Positions 20,479-29,593 of a stretch of DNA of 64,000 nt are shown piece after piece. Origin of the DNA: an uncultured bacterium. Lineage in GTDB: Bacteria > Actinomycetota > Acidimicrobiia > Acidimicrobiales > VFJN01. Where the stretch lies: positions 96,178 to 160,177 of the forward strand of contig CAWEZE010000011.1 in NCBI GenBank assembly GCA_963813485.1, written 5' to 3'. A program made the translations under genes and the position numbers. Below the pieces are notes generated by a model. That model did no database searches, was not told the origin of the DNA, and saw only the letters and a list, made by a program, of their open reading frames with translations. Each line of letters begins with the position of its first letter. Positions within the stretch are counted from its first letter, which is position 1.

Positions 20479-20499
20479 GTTAACGGCGTTACGTTATCT
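20479..20499. promoter_or_regulatory. Palindromic AT-richer box upstream of mmpL-tetR (candidate TetR operator)
   Basis: GGTTAACGGCGTTACGTTATC contains the perfect dyad TAACG-G-CGTTA plus a third CGTTA half-site. It lies 25-45 nt upstream of the proposed mmpL ATG and its GGGAGG SD. Confidence 0.35.
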
Positions 20500-20672
20500 G
20501 TGGTATCGAACACCCGGCGTGCGGCCGTTGTCGAGGGGTCATCGGTCACAGGCGCGGGGCGGGTTGCTCAGTCCTTGACCTCCGGGTCAATCTCTCGACG
20601 TGACAGAGGCCGTAGATGTGACCGAGGGTCGACTCCGCCGATCATGCAGGCGTCGCGAACGAGGCCTTCGCT

Positions 20673-21611
20673 ATGGCTGAACAGGCGGGATCGACCATCG
20701 CCGAGGGGGTCGGATATCCGGGCGCCTGTGGCCCCGATCGCACGCGGGCCGTCGTCTCCCACGGCATCCGCCTGGCCGTCCACGAGTGGGGCGACCTCGA
20801 CGCCCCGCCCTTGGTGCTGGCCCACGGCGGGTTCGACTTCGCCCGAACCTTCGACGTCTTCGCTCCCATGCTGGCGCAGGCGGGCTGGCGTGTCGTGGCA
20901 TGGGACCAGCGCGGGCACGGCGACTCCCAGCACGCCGCGCTCTACTCCTGGGAGGCCGACCTGCGGGACGCCGTGGCGGTGGTCGACTCGGTATCGCGGG
21001 ACCCGCTGCCGATCGTCGGGCACTCCAAGGGCGGCGGGATCACCGTGCAGTTCGCGTCGGCCCTGCCCCATCGCGTCAGTCACCTGGTCAACCTCGACGG
21101 GCTGCCGTCGCGCCACAGCATGCCCGACGTCCCCGACCATGAGCGCACAAAGCTGATGGCCGGCGACCTGGGGAGCTGGCTGGACTTCCGCCGCAGCGCC
21201 CTCGGCCGGTCCCGCAGGCCCGGCACGATCGACGAGCTGGCGGAGCGGCGGGGCCGGATGAACCCGCGACTGTCCCGGGAGTGGCTCCGCTACCTGGTGA
21301 CCGTGGGCGGGCGGCAGGACGCTGACGGATGGCGCTGGAAGATCGACCCTGCATTGCGCATGGGCGGGTTCGGCCCGTGGCGGGCCCAATGGGCCATAGC
21401 GCGGCTGCCGGGGCTGAGCATGCCGCTGTTGGTGGTGCTGGGGCTGCAGCCCGAGACCATGGGATCGGGGACCCAACCCGCCGACATCGAACCCAACCTG
21501 CCCCCCGGCGCTCGGGTCGTGGGGCTGGGGGACACCGGTCACTTCGTGCACATCGAACAGCCGCGGCGGGTGGCGGACCTCGTGCTGGAGTTCCTCGGGG
21601 TACCGGCGTGA
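20673..21611 (+). CDS. Alpha/beta hydrolase
   Basis: 312-aa ORF with HGGFDF (oxyanion region), nucleophile elbow GHSKGG, and a C-terminal GHFVHIEQP. Confidence 0.85.
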   Translation: MAEQAGSTIAEGVGYPGACGPDRTRAVVSHGIRLAVHEWGDLDAPPLVLAHGGFDFARTFDVFAPMLAQAGWRVVAWDQRGHGDSQHAALYSWEADLRDAVAVVDSVSRDPLPIVGHSKGGGITVQFASALPHRVSHLVNLDGLPSRHSMPDVPDHERTKLMAGDLGSWLDFRRSALGRSRRPGTIDELAERRGRMNPRLSREWLRYLVTVGGRQDADGWRWKIDPALRMGGFGPWRAQWAIARLPGLSMPLLVVLGLQPETMGSGTQPADIEPNLPPGARVVGLGDTGHFVHIEQPRRVADLVLEFLGVPA

Positions 21612-22290
21612 GCCAACGGGACGCCACCGTCACCGTCCGGCACAGCCGGATCGAGCTGGCGCTGCACCGCGTGCGCGGACGGGGACGGGGGGCCGTTGCT
21701 CCACCTGCACGGGTTGGGTGAGCGCTCGCCGACGGCCGTGCCCGATCACCTGGCGGACTGGCCGGGGCCGGTCTGGGCCCTCGACTTCACCGGGCACGGC
21801 GCCTCCAGCGTGCCCGTCGGCGGCGGCTACTTCTGCGAGCTGCTCATGGCGGACGTCGACGCCGCCCTGGCCCACCTCGGCCCGACGACCCTCTACGGGC
21901 GGGGGCTTGGCGCGTACGTGGCGCTACTGACGGCCGGCGCCCGCCCCGAGCTCGTGCGTGGCGCGATCCTCGACGACGGACCCGGGCTCCGAGGTGGGGG
22001 CCCCGAGCCCACCACGCCCTACGTGCTGCCCGAATCACTGGAAACTCCGGGACCGCCCGATCCGTACGCCCTCTTCGAGCTGAGCCACGACGTTCGCCCC
22101 GCCGACTACGCAACCACCTACGCCCGACCAGGCCGCGACGCTGTCGGGGCTCGACGTGGCCGTCGCGGTCTGCGCCAGGGTGCGGCCGCCGTGGTTGGCG
22201 GCGGTCGCTGCGGAGCCCGGCGTCCGCGAGGTCGATCGCGCCGAGGCGGTGGCGCTCTTCGCCACCTCCTGGTGTCGCAGCCTGGACTGA
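21608..22290 (+). pseudogene. Alpha/beta-hydrolase-fold-like protein, two frameshifts
   Basis: The GTG at 21608 overlaps the upstream stop (GTGA). VSQRDATVTVRHSRIELALHRVRG runs into a G6 run at 21687-21692. The next frame reads PLLHLHGLGERSP..FTGHGAS..GRGLGAYVAL. At about 22125-22131 it shifts again to QAATLSGLDVAVAVCARVRPPWLAAV...SWCRSLD, ending at the TGA at 22288-22290. Confidence 0.6.
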
Positions 22291-22316
22291 TAACTCAATA
22301 AAACCGAGATTTCGCT

Positions 22317-22342
22317 GCGGAACGGGCTGACGAGACACTAGC
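22317..22342. repeat. 26-nt short dispersed repeat (copy 1 of 2)
   Basis: GCGGAACGGGCTGACGAGACACTAGC versus 39881-39906 GCGGAACGGGCTGACGGGACGCTAGG (23/26 identical). Both copies lie between convergent gene ends. Confidence 0.5.
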
Positions 22343-22362
22343 GGCATGGGGTTGCCGCCCGA

Positions 22363-23430
22363 TCAGGCGTCTCGCGAAGCCACGAAGCGGGCGAGGGCGA
22401 CCAACTCGGCGCGGGCGCGCGACGTGATGTCGGCGGCGCCGATGGCGTCGATCGCCCTGGCCGTGAGCCGCTCGATCAGCCCCTCGACCTCGTCGAGCGC
22501 GCCGCCGTCCGCCAGCAGCCGCTGGATCGCCATCACCTCGCCGTCGGACAGCCCCGGCTGGCCGACCCGATCCAGGAGGTCGGTGCGGCCGTCGTTGGCT
22601 CGTTCGACCGCCGCCGCCAGAAGCGGAGTCGGCTTGCCCTCGCGCAGGTCCTGCCCCACTGGCTTGCCGGTCACCGCGGGATCACCGAACGCGCCCAGTA
22701 CGTCGTCGCGAAGCTGGAAGGCCTCGCCCAGCGGATCGCCATAGGCCGAAAGCGAGGCCTGCAGGTCGCCGAGGCGTCCGGCGAGCGCCGCACCCACATG
22801 CAGCGGCCGTTCGATCGTGTACTTGCCCGACTTGTAGCGGGCGATGCGGTGGGCGACGACCCGATCTCGGTCGGCGCGGGCGGTGGCAAGCAGGTCGAGG
22901 TACTGGCCGACGTTGAGCTCCAAGCGGAGCTCGTGCCATACGCCGGCGGCGTCGGCGCAGACGTTCCCGAGCAGCATGTCGGCGTAGACGTGGGACAGGT
23001 CGCCTATGAGGATGGCGACGCCCTCGCCGTAGCGGCGGTCCTCGCCCCGCCAGTCGCAGGTCTGGTGCTCCCGAGCAAACTCGACGTGGGTCGTCGGGGC
23101 GCCGCGGCGCGTGTCGGATCCGTCCATGACGTCGTCGTGTACGAGGGCGAAGGCGTGGAGCAGCTCGAAGGCGGCGCCGGCGTCGATGATGCGGGGATCT
23201 TCCGGGTCGCCGCCGGCACCCACGAAGGCCCAGTAGCAGAACGCCGGCCGCAGGCGCTTCCCGCCGGCGTCGACCAGATCACGCAGGGCGCAGAGCGGCG
23301 CGGTGATCGCCGGGTCGACGGTCTCCCAGCGGGTGATCTCGGCGTCGAACAGTCGAGCGAGGCGCTCGTCCACGCGCACCGCGACGGCGCGCAGGCTGGG
23401 CGGCGAGGCGGCGGAGGAGCGGGAGCGCAT
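22363..23430 (-). CDS. Polyprenyl (geranylgeranyl/farnesyl) diphosphate synthase
   Basis: From the ATG at 23430 (355 aa). First and second Asp-rich motifs are LVHDDVMD and QLRDDVLG. The upstream 50 aa of the track ORF are Arg/Pro junk. Confidence 0.85.
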   Translation of the reverse strand: MRSRSSAASPPSLRAVAVRVDERLARLFDAEITRWETVDPAITAPLCALRDLVDAGGKRLRPAFCYWAFVGAGGDPEDPRIIDAGAAFELLHAFALVHDDVMDGSDTRRGAPTTHVEFAREHQTCDWRGEDRRYGEGVAILIGDLSHVYADMLLGNVCADAAGVWHELRLELNVGQYLDLLATARADRDRVVAHRIARYKSGKYTIERPLHVGAALAGRLGDLQASLSAYGDPLGEAFQLRDDVLGAFGDPAVTGKPVGQDLREGKPTPLLAAAVERANDGRTDLLDRVGQPGLSDGEVMAIQRLLADGGALDEVEGLIERLTARAIDAIGAADITSRARAELVALARFVASRDA

Positions 23431-23485
23431 GGCCGTCACCACGTTACGGTGAGGATGGCGAGGATGACGAGACCGCTGCCGGCGC

Positions 23486-23785
23486 CTACCTCGGGTTCCC
23501 TCGGCTCTGCGCCCCCTCGCCGGAGTCGGCGGCCGCTCCGGCCTCGTCTCCGGTCTCGTCGCGAGCGGGGGCGGGCACATCCGTCTCGGCCTCGAGCTCG
23601 GCCACTACCTGCTCGACGTCGAACCGGGCGCTCGCGATCCGATCGCGGCATAGGCGCAGCAGCTCGGCGGCCCGCCGCACACGGCTCCCCAGCACGTCGA
23701 CGTCGACCTCGTCGCCGTCGAGCTCGTCGAGGATGCCCTCCAGCTCGGCCAGCGCTTCGGCGTAACCGATCTCCCGGTCAGTCAT
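23486..23785 (-). CDS. xseB: Exodeoxyribonuclease VII small subunit
   Basis: MTDREIGYAEALAELEGILDELDGDEVDVDVL... is a typical XseB helical hairpin. It overlaps the xseA stop. The acidic C-terminal tail is longer than usual. Confidence 0.85.
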   Translation of the reverse strand: MTDREIGYAEALAELEGILDELDGDEVDVDVLGSRVRRAAELLRLCRDRIASARFDVEQVVAELEAETDVPAPARDETGDEAGAAADSGEGAQSRGNPR

Positions 23786-25331
23786 CAGCTGCTCCTCGCG
23801 CCTCCGTCACCGTGCTGCGGATGCCACCGTTGGCCAACGTCGTCGTGAGTACGTCGCCCTGCGCCACGTCTGTCGCCGAGCGCAGGACCCGGCCCTCGGC
23901 GTCGCGGGTGATCGACCAGCCCCGGGCCAGCGTGCGGGCCGGATCGAGCGCCCGCACCTGCGCCTCGAGCCGGTCGAGGTCGTGCGCGGCCGCCGCGACC
24001 AGCCGGGGCGGGCGATGCGCCAGGCGCTGACCGACGACCGCGAGCGCCAACTCGCGGCCGCGCAGGTGACCCCGTGCGCTCGACGATGTCCGGCCGGCCG
24101 AGCGCTCGAGCAGCCGAGCCGAGCGGTCGAGGGCGCCGGTCGCTGCCCGTCGTACCCGCTGGGGCCGGGCGGCGAGGTCGCGGTCGGCGGCGGCCAACCC
24201 CTGGCGGGTCGCAACCGCCACGTGGCGTCCACACGCGCTCAGCCGCGCGGCCTCGGCCCGCAGCCGGCGCCGCACCGCGGCCGCGATGTCCTGCCACACC
24301 TCGACCGTGCGGCGCTCGAAGGCCCGGACGTCGTCGACGACCGCCTGAGCGCAAGCGGTCGGCGTCTTGTAGGCCCCGTGCGCGACCTCGTCGGCGATCG
24401 TGCGGTCGATGTCGTGGCCGATGCCGGTCAGCACCGGCACATCGAGGCCGGCGATGGTTCGGGCGATGAGCTCGCTGTCGAAGGCCGCCAGGTCGGTGGT
24501 CGCGCCCCGACCCCGCACCAGCAGCACCGCGTCGACGCCCCGGGCGGCAACGGCCCCCAGCCCCCACGCCACCGACCGCGCCGCTTCGTACCCCTGCACG
24601 CGCACGTCGGCTCGGAACACCCTGAAGCCAATGCCCGAGCGACGCAGCTCGTCGAGCACGTCGTGCTCGGCGGCGCTGCCGGCGCTGGTGACCAGTCCCA
24701 ACCGCAGGGGCAGGAGCGGCGGTGGTAGCTCGGCCTGCCCCGCGAGCAGCCCCTCGGCATCTAGGCGCCGGAGCAGGCGCTCGCGATCGGCGGCCAGGCG
24801 CCCGAGCGTGAAGTCGGGATCGATGTCGGACATCTGGAGCTGCAGCCGCCCGCCCCGTGGCCAATACCCCGGCCGGCCCCGGACCCTGACCTCCGTACCG
24901 TCGACCATGCGCACGGCGTTGCCCCCGGCGCCCAGCCGGGCGTTGACCTGGCGCCGGGCGTCGTCGAACAAGACCACCGGCAGGGTGGCCAGCGGTGGCT
25001 TGGACAGGTCGCCGCCCGGTGCCGGCTCGATCAGGTCGAACCAGACGATCCGGCCCGACCCCCACCCTCCAGCCCGACCCCCACCCGCCGCCCCGTGGCG
25101 GCGTCGGCCTGCGGCCGACTCATCGGCCGTTGTCGGTGGGGTCGGGCTGTCGCCCGGCACGCCGCTTCCGCGGCCCCGGCTGAGGTTGCGGATCACGCCT
25201 CGGACCCACACCTCCTCGGGGAACGTTCGGCGCAGAGCCACCGCCACCGCCTCACCCACCTCGGCGACCGACCAGGTGGGCTCGTCGGGGTCGTCCCACA
25301 GGGTCTGGGGCGTCGGGCGGGCCTTCGGCAC
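23778..25331 (-). CDS. xseA: Exodeoxyribonuclease VII large subunit, with an insertion of about 45 aa in the N-terminal OB fold
   Basis: OB fold (VWVRGVIRNLSR ... IVWFDLIE), catalytic core (LGLVTSAGSAAEHDV..RVQGYEAA..LLVRGRGATTDLAAFD) and a coiled C-terminus. The insert GRGSGVPGDSPTPPTTADESAAGRRRHGAAGGGRAGGWGSG coincides with the repeat at 25052-25149. Confidence 0.85.
   Translation of the reverse strand: MPKARPTPQTLWDDPDEPTWSVAEVGEAVAVALRRTFPEEVWVRGVIRNLSRGRGSGVPGDSPTPPTTADESAAGRRRHGAAGGGRAGGWGSGRIVWFDLIEPAPGGDLSKPPLATLPVVLFDDARRQVNARLGAGGNAVRMVDGTEVRVRGRPGYWPRGGRLQLQMSDIDPDFTLGRLAADRERLLRRLDAEGLLAGQAELPPPLLPLRLGLVTSAGSAAEHDVLDELRRSGIGFRVFRADVRVQGYEAARSVAWGLGAVAARGVDAVLLVRGRGATTDLAAFDSELIARTIAGLDVPVLTGIGHDIDRTIADEVAHGAYKTPTACAQAVVDDVRAFERRTVEVWQDIAAAVRRRLRAEAARLSACGRHVAVATRQGLAAADRDLAARPQRVRRAATGALDRSARLLERSAGRTSSSARGHLRGRELALAVVGQRLAHRPPRLVAAAAHDLDRLEAQVRALDPARTLARGWSITRDAEGRVLRSATDVAQGDVLTTTLANGGIRSTVTEARGAADD
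25052..25149. repeat. G/C-rich palindromic repeat element embedded in-frame in xseA
   Basis: 25052-25068 and 25069-25089 are tandem GCCCGACCCCCACCC units. 25134-25149 (CGGTGGGGTCGGGCTG) is the inverted partner, with a spacer of about 45 nt. 25067-25123 resembles 16503-16557, including 23 consecutive identical nt. Confidence 0.65.
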
Positions 25332-25449
25332 AGCGCCGACGTTAGCGACCGGGTATGACGGTGTCGGTCGTCAGATCGAGGCCGCTAGGGGTGGCGGTCG
25401 GAGGTCGAGCGGGAGTGACAGTCGAAGCCGACCCGGGGTTAGGGTCGAG

Positions 25450-26424
25450 TTGGTGCATACGGAGATCGCTCCCGGCGTACTGCAGATCGACACCCTGCTC
25501 GGCGGGTGGCAGCAGGTCACTGCCGGCTACCTGATCACCGGCGAATCCCCGGTGCTGGTGGAGACCGGCAGCCAGACGTCGGTGCCCGCCCTGCTCGCCG
25601 GGCTAGGCGAGCTGGGGGTCGAGAGCAACGAGCTGTCGGGCGTCGCCGTGACGCACATCCACCTCGATCATGCCGGTGGCGTGGGCGACGTCGCCGCGGC
25701 GTTCCCCAACGCCACCATCTACGTCCACGAAAAGGGTGCCCGGCACCTCGTCGATCCCACCAGGCTGGTCAACAGCGCCGCCATGGTCTACGGCGAGCTC
25801 CTCGACTCTCTGTACGGCCGGCTCGCACCCACACCGGCCGAAAGGGTGCACGTCCTCGCGGACGGCGAGCAGATCAAGGTGTCGTCGAACCGCACACTCA
25901 CCACCGTCGACTCGCCGGGCCACGCCAAGCACCACCTGGCGCTGCACGACTCGGACTCGGGGATCCTGTTCGCCGGCGACGCAGTGGGCGTGCGGCTACC
26001 GGACGTGGGCATCCTCCGGCCGGCTACGCCGCCGCCGGACTTCGACCTGGACCAGGCGCTCACCTCGCTGCAGCGGTTCTCCGAGCGCCGGCCCGCCGGC
26101 ATCGCCCTCGCCCATTTCGGGCTTGTGCCCGACCCCGTCGAGATTCTGGACGAGGCCCAGGGCACGCTGCGCCGCTGGGCCGAGGTTGCCGAGGGTGCGT
26201 GGCGCGAGGGCCGCGACATCGCCGAGGCGCTGGCCGACGAGTTCGGCGCCGAGCTCGAGGGCACCGATCCCGCCAAGCGCGAGAAGCTCGAGACCCTCAA
26301 CGGGATCCATTCCAACGCCGCCGGCTTCCGCCGCTGGCTCGAGAAGCGTGCCGAAGCCGGCGGGCCCGGCACTGCACCGCCAAGCACCGTCCCCCATCAC
26401 CACCCAAGGAGCTCACATGCCTGA
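25450..26424 (+). CDS. MBL-fold metallo-hydrolase
   Basis: Start at TTG/GTG 25450/25453. Contains HxHxDH (VTHIHLDHAGG) and a downstream SPGHAKHH. The upstream 350 aa of the track ORF are antisense to xseA and not credible. Confidence 0.8.
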   Translation: MVHTEIAPGVLQIDTLLGGWQQVTAGYLITGESPVLVETGSQTSVPALLAGLGELGVESNELSGVAVTHIHLDHAGGVGDVAAAFPNATIYVHEKGARHLVDPTRLVNSAAMVYGELLDSLYGRLAPTPAERVHVLADGEQIKVSSNRTLTTVDSPGHAKHHLALHDSDSGILFAGDAVGVRLPDVGILRPATPPPDFDLDQALTSLQRFSERRPAGIALAHFGLVPDPVEILDEAQGTLRRWAEVAEGAWREGRDIAEALADEFGAELEGTDPAKREKLETLNGIHSNAAGFRRWLEKRAEAGGPGTAPPSTVPHHHPRSSHA

Positions 26425-27619
26425 AGCCGTGATCGTCTCGACGGCCCGGAGCCCCATCGGCCGCGCCATGAAGGGCTCGTTGGTGGAGTGCCGGCCCGAC
26501 GACCTCGCCGCCACCATCGTCAGGGCGGCGCTGGAAAACGTGCCCCAGCTCGAACCCCAGTCGGTCGACGACCTGATGATGGGCTGCGGCCAGCCAGGCG
26601 GCGAGTCGGGCTTCAACGTGGCCCGCGTCGCCGGCATCCTCGCCGGGATACCGGACGTGCCCGGCGTAACCGTCAACCGCTACTGCTCGTCGTCGCTCCA
26701 GACGATCCGCATGGCGGCGCACGCCATCAAGGCCGGTGAGGGCGACGTGTTCGTCAGCGCCGGGGTCGAGACCGTGAGCCGGTACGGCAATGGCATGGCC
26801 GACGACGGCCCGACCAACCCCGTGTTTGCCGACGCCCAGGCCCGCACCGCCGAGCGCGCCAACGGCGCAGACTCGTGGCAGCCGGTCGACGGCCTGCCTG
26901 ACATCTACATCGCCATGGGCCAGACCGCGGAGAACGTGCGGCTGGCCGAGAACGTGGGCCGCCGGGAGATGGACGAGTTCGCCGCGCTGTCGCAGCAGCG
27001 CGCCGTGGCCAACCAGGAGAACGGCTACTGGGACGGGGAGATCACGCCCGTCACCACGCCGTCGGGCGCCGTGGTCAGCAAGGACGACGGCCCCCGCGCC
27101 GGCACCACGGTCGAGAAGCTGGCGGAGCTGAAGCCCGTGTTCCGCCCCGACGGCGAGGTCACCGCCGGCAACGCCTGCCCGCTCAACGACGGCGCCGCGG
27201 CCGTGATCGTCATGAGCGACGCCAAGGCCGCCGAGCTGGGCATCGAGCCGCTGGCCCGCATCGTCTCGTCGGGCGTCACCGCCCTCAACCCGGAGATCAT
27301 GGGGCTCGGCCCCATCGAGGCGTCGCGCCAGGCGCTGTCCCGCGCCGGGATGACGATCGACGACGTCGACCTGGTGGAGATCAACGAGGCGTTCGCCGCC
27401 CAGGTGATCCCCTCCGCCAAACACCTCGGTATCCCCTGGGACAAGCTCAACGTCAAGGGCGGTGCGATCGCCCTCGGCCACCCCTTCGGCATGACCGGCG
27501 CCCGCATCATGACCACCCTCATCCATGCCCTACAGGACGAGGACAAGACCTTCGGCCTCGAGACCATGTGCGTCGGAGGCGGTCAGGGCATGGCGATGAT
27601 CATCGAGCGGCTGCGCTAG
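26417..27619 (+). CDS. Acetyl-CoA C-acetyltransferase (thiolase)
   Basis: From the ATG at 26417 (400 aa). Contains NRYCSSSLQ (active Cys), GNACPLNDGAA, GHPFGMTGAR and CVGGGQG. Confidence 0.92.
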   Translation: MPEAVIVSTARSPIGRAMKGSLVECRPDDLAATIVRAALENVPQLEPQSVDDLMMGCGQPGGESGFNVARVAGILAGIPDVPGVTVNRYCSSSLQTIRMAAHAIKAGEGDVFVSAGVETVSRYGNGMADDGPTNPVFADAQARTAERANGADSWQPVDGLPDIYIAMGQTAENVRLAENVGRREMDEFAALSQQRAVANQENGYWDGEITPVTTPSGAVVSKDDGPRAGTTVEKLAELKPVFRPDGEVTAGNACPLNDGAAAVIVMSDAKAAELGIEPLARIVSSGVTALNPEIMGLGPIEASRQALSRAGMTIDDVDLVEINEAFAAQVIPSAKHLGIPWDKLNVKGGAIALGHPFGMTGARIMTTLIHALQDEDKTFGLETMCVGGGQGMAMIIERLR

Positions 27620-27690
27620 ATCGCTCTTCGCCCCGTTGTGGCTGCTGCGCATCCAAGACGGCGCCCAGAACCGTCGACCGCGCCACCGTG

Positions 27691-28668
27691 TCAGGTCGGG
27701 CGGTCGCCGCCTTCCAGGTCGAGACGCCACATCTGGCCGACGAGGTCGTGGCCGAAGCTGTGGTGCGACTCCTCGTCGACCAGCTCGAAGCCCGCGGCTT
27801 CGTAGATGCGCCGTGCCGAAACCAGCACGTCGTTGGTCCACAGGACCAGGGACCGGTACCCGGCGGTGCGGGCGAACCGGATGCACTCCTCGACCAGCCG
27901 GGCGCCGATGCCGAGACCACGGGCTGCAGGGTCGACCAGCAGGATGCGCAGCTGGGCCGTCTCGTCGTCGCGCCGCACGCACAGCATGCAGCCCACCGGC
28001 TCGCCGTCCACATCCGCGATCCAGGCGCGTTCGCGGGCCGGGTCGTAGTGCTGGCCGAAGTCCGCCACGATCCGGGCCACGAGCGCCTCGTAACTCTGGT
28101 CCCAGCCGTACTCGGCCGCGTAGACCGCGCCATTGCGCTGGATCATCCAACCGAGGTCGCCGGGTCCTGGCTCGCGCAGCAGGTAGGCCCGGGGCGGCCC
28201 GCTGGGCCGCGGCGCGAGCGTGTCCTCGATCGTCGCCATCGCCGCCACCAGCCTGCGCCTCTCGGCGACCGGAACGCCTTCGAGCATGGCGGCGGTGGCC
28301 TCGGTCGACCTCAGGTCGAGCGTCCCGAACTCGGCCCGTCCCCGCTCGGTGAGCCGGATCACCTGCCGGCGCCCATCGTCCGGTGACCGCTCGGCGGTGA
28401 CCAGGCCGGCGTCCTTGAGCCGCCCGACGATGCGGGTGAGGTAGCCGGCGTCGAGCTGGAGCGCGCCGCGCAGGTCGGCCAAGTCGGTGGCATCGCGCTG
28501 GGCGAGCTCGAACAGTACGCGGGCATCGGTCAGCGAGTAGGGCGTGTCGACGAGCCCCGCCTGCAGCAGCCCGATCTGCTGCGTCCAGAACCGGTTGAAG
28601 GCCCGGATGGCCGGGACCTCGTCGCTGATGGGCGCCGTGGCAGTCGAAGCCATCTTTGCCTCCTGCAA
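27691..28668 (-). CDS. MarR-type HTH / GNAT N-acetyltransferase fusion protein
   Basis: The N-terminal winged helix (LTDARVLFELAQRD..LTRIVGRLKDAGLV) is followed by a GNAT core (LLVDPAARGLGIGARLVEECIRFAR). Confidence 0.8.
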   Translation of the reverse strand: MQEAKMASTATAPISDEVPAIRAFNRFWTQQIGLLQAGLVDTPYSLTDARVLFELAQRDATDLADLRGALQLDAGYLTRIVGRLKDAGLVTAERSPDDGRRQVIRLTERGRAEFGTLDLRSTEATAAMLEGVPVAERRRLVAAMATIEDTLAPRPSGPPRAYLLREPGPGDLGWMIQRNGAVYAAEYGWDQSYEALVARIVADFGQHYDPARERAWIADVDGEPVGCMLCVRRDDETAQLRILLVDPAARGLGIGARLVEECIRFARTAGYRSLVLWTNDVLVSARRIYEAAGFELVDEESHHSFGHDLVGQMWRLDLEGGDRPT

Positions 28669-28709
28669 GTAAATCCTTGACTAAGGCAAAGATTATCCGC
28701 CGGGTGACG

Positions 28710-29567
28710 CTAGGGCAACCCCGCGTGGGGGACCTCGACCGTGGTGGTGAGCAGCACCGCCTCTCGGGCGGTGGCGCGGTTGCTCTCGAAGAAGTCCGGG
28801 GCGGCACAGGCCAGCAGCGTGCGGCCGTCATCGCCGCCGAGCATGCAGGCGTAGATGCCGAGGCCGTCGGGACCTGGGATCTCGTCCACCACGCCCTCGC
28901 CCTCGGCCACCCGCACCAACCGGTTCCCGAGGGCATCGGCGGCCCAGACACGTCCTTCAGCATCGAGGGCGCACCCGTCGGGCGCCACGCCCTCGATCGT
29001 GGCCCACACCCGGCGGTCGGTCAGCGAACCGTCCTCGCCGACGGTGAAGGCGCTGTAGCGCCCGCCCATGGTCTCGCCGACGATCAGTGTCGACCCGTCG
29101 GGTGTTATGACGGAACCATTCGGGAAGGCGAGGTCGTCGGCGGCCCTGTCCACGGCGCCGTCGGGGGTCACGTGCACGAGCGTCGCGCTGCATGGTGGCG
29201 CGCCGGCCATGATGTCGAACCCGAAGTTGCCGACGTAGGCGTGGCCGCGGGCGTCGACCACGATGTCGTTGGCGTGGCCGCCGCAGTGGTCGCCGAGGTC
29301 GGCGTGGACGGTGACGGAGCCGTCCGGCCAGCGGCGAAGCAGGCGCCGGTCCTTCATCGACACCACTAACAGCGAGCCGTCGGGCATCCAGCCGAGTCCC
29401 GACGGTTGGGCCTCCACGGTGAGGATCTCCTCGTGGGCTCCGTCGGAGTCGATGGCGAACACCGTGTGCCGGTAGAAGTCGGAGACCCACCAGCGGTCGT
29501 CGTGCCAGCGAGGGCCCTCGAAGAACCCCCCGCCCTCGGCCAAGGTTGCGAACGAGCGGTCGCGCAT
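28710..29567 (-). CDS. SMP-30/gluconolactonase/LRE family protein
   Basis: From the ATG at 29567: MRDRSFATLAEGGGFFEGPRWHDDRWWVSDF..., with repeated propeller-blade motifs (PNGSVITPDGSTLIVGET, PDGCALDAEGRVW). Confidence 0.8.
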   Translation of the reverse strand: MRDRSFATLAEGGGFFEGPRWHDDRWWVSDFYRHTVFAIDSDGAHEEILTVEAQPSGLGWMPDGSLLVVSMKDRRLLRRWPDGSVTVHADLGDHCGGHANDIVVDARGHAYVGNFGFDIMAGAPPCSATLVHVTPDGAVDRAADDLAFPNGSVITPDGSTLIVGETMGGRYSAFTVGEDGSLTDRRVWATIEGVAPDGCALDAEGRVWAADALGNRLVRVAEGEGVVDEIPGPDGLGIYACMLGGDDGRTLLACAAPDFFESNRATAREAVLLTTTVEVPHAGLP

Positions 29568-29593
29568 GAGCCGGGACGGTAGTCCCGATCTCG

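Noticed and set aside
25360-25385. ATGACG-N8-CGTCAG upstream of the MBL-hydrolase/thiolase pair
   Set aside because: The half-sites resemble the CTGACG/CGTCAG operator, but the spacing is 8 nt instead of 3 and the left half has a mismatch. I did not count it as a site.
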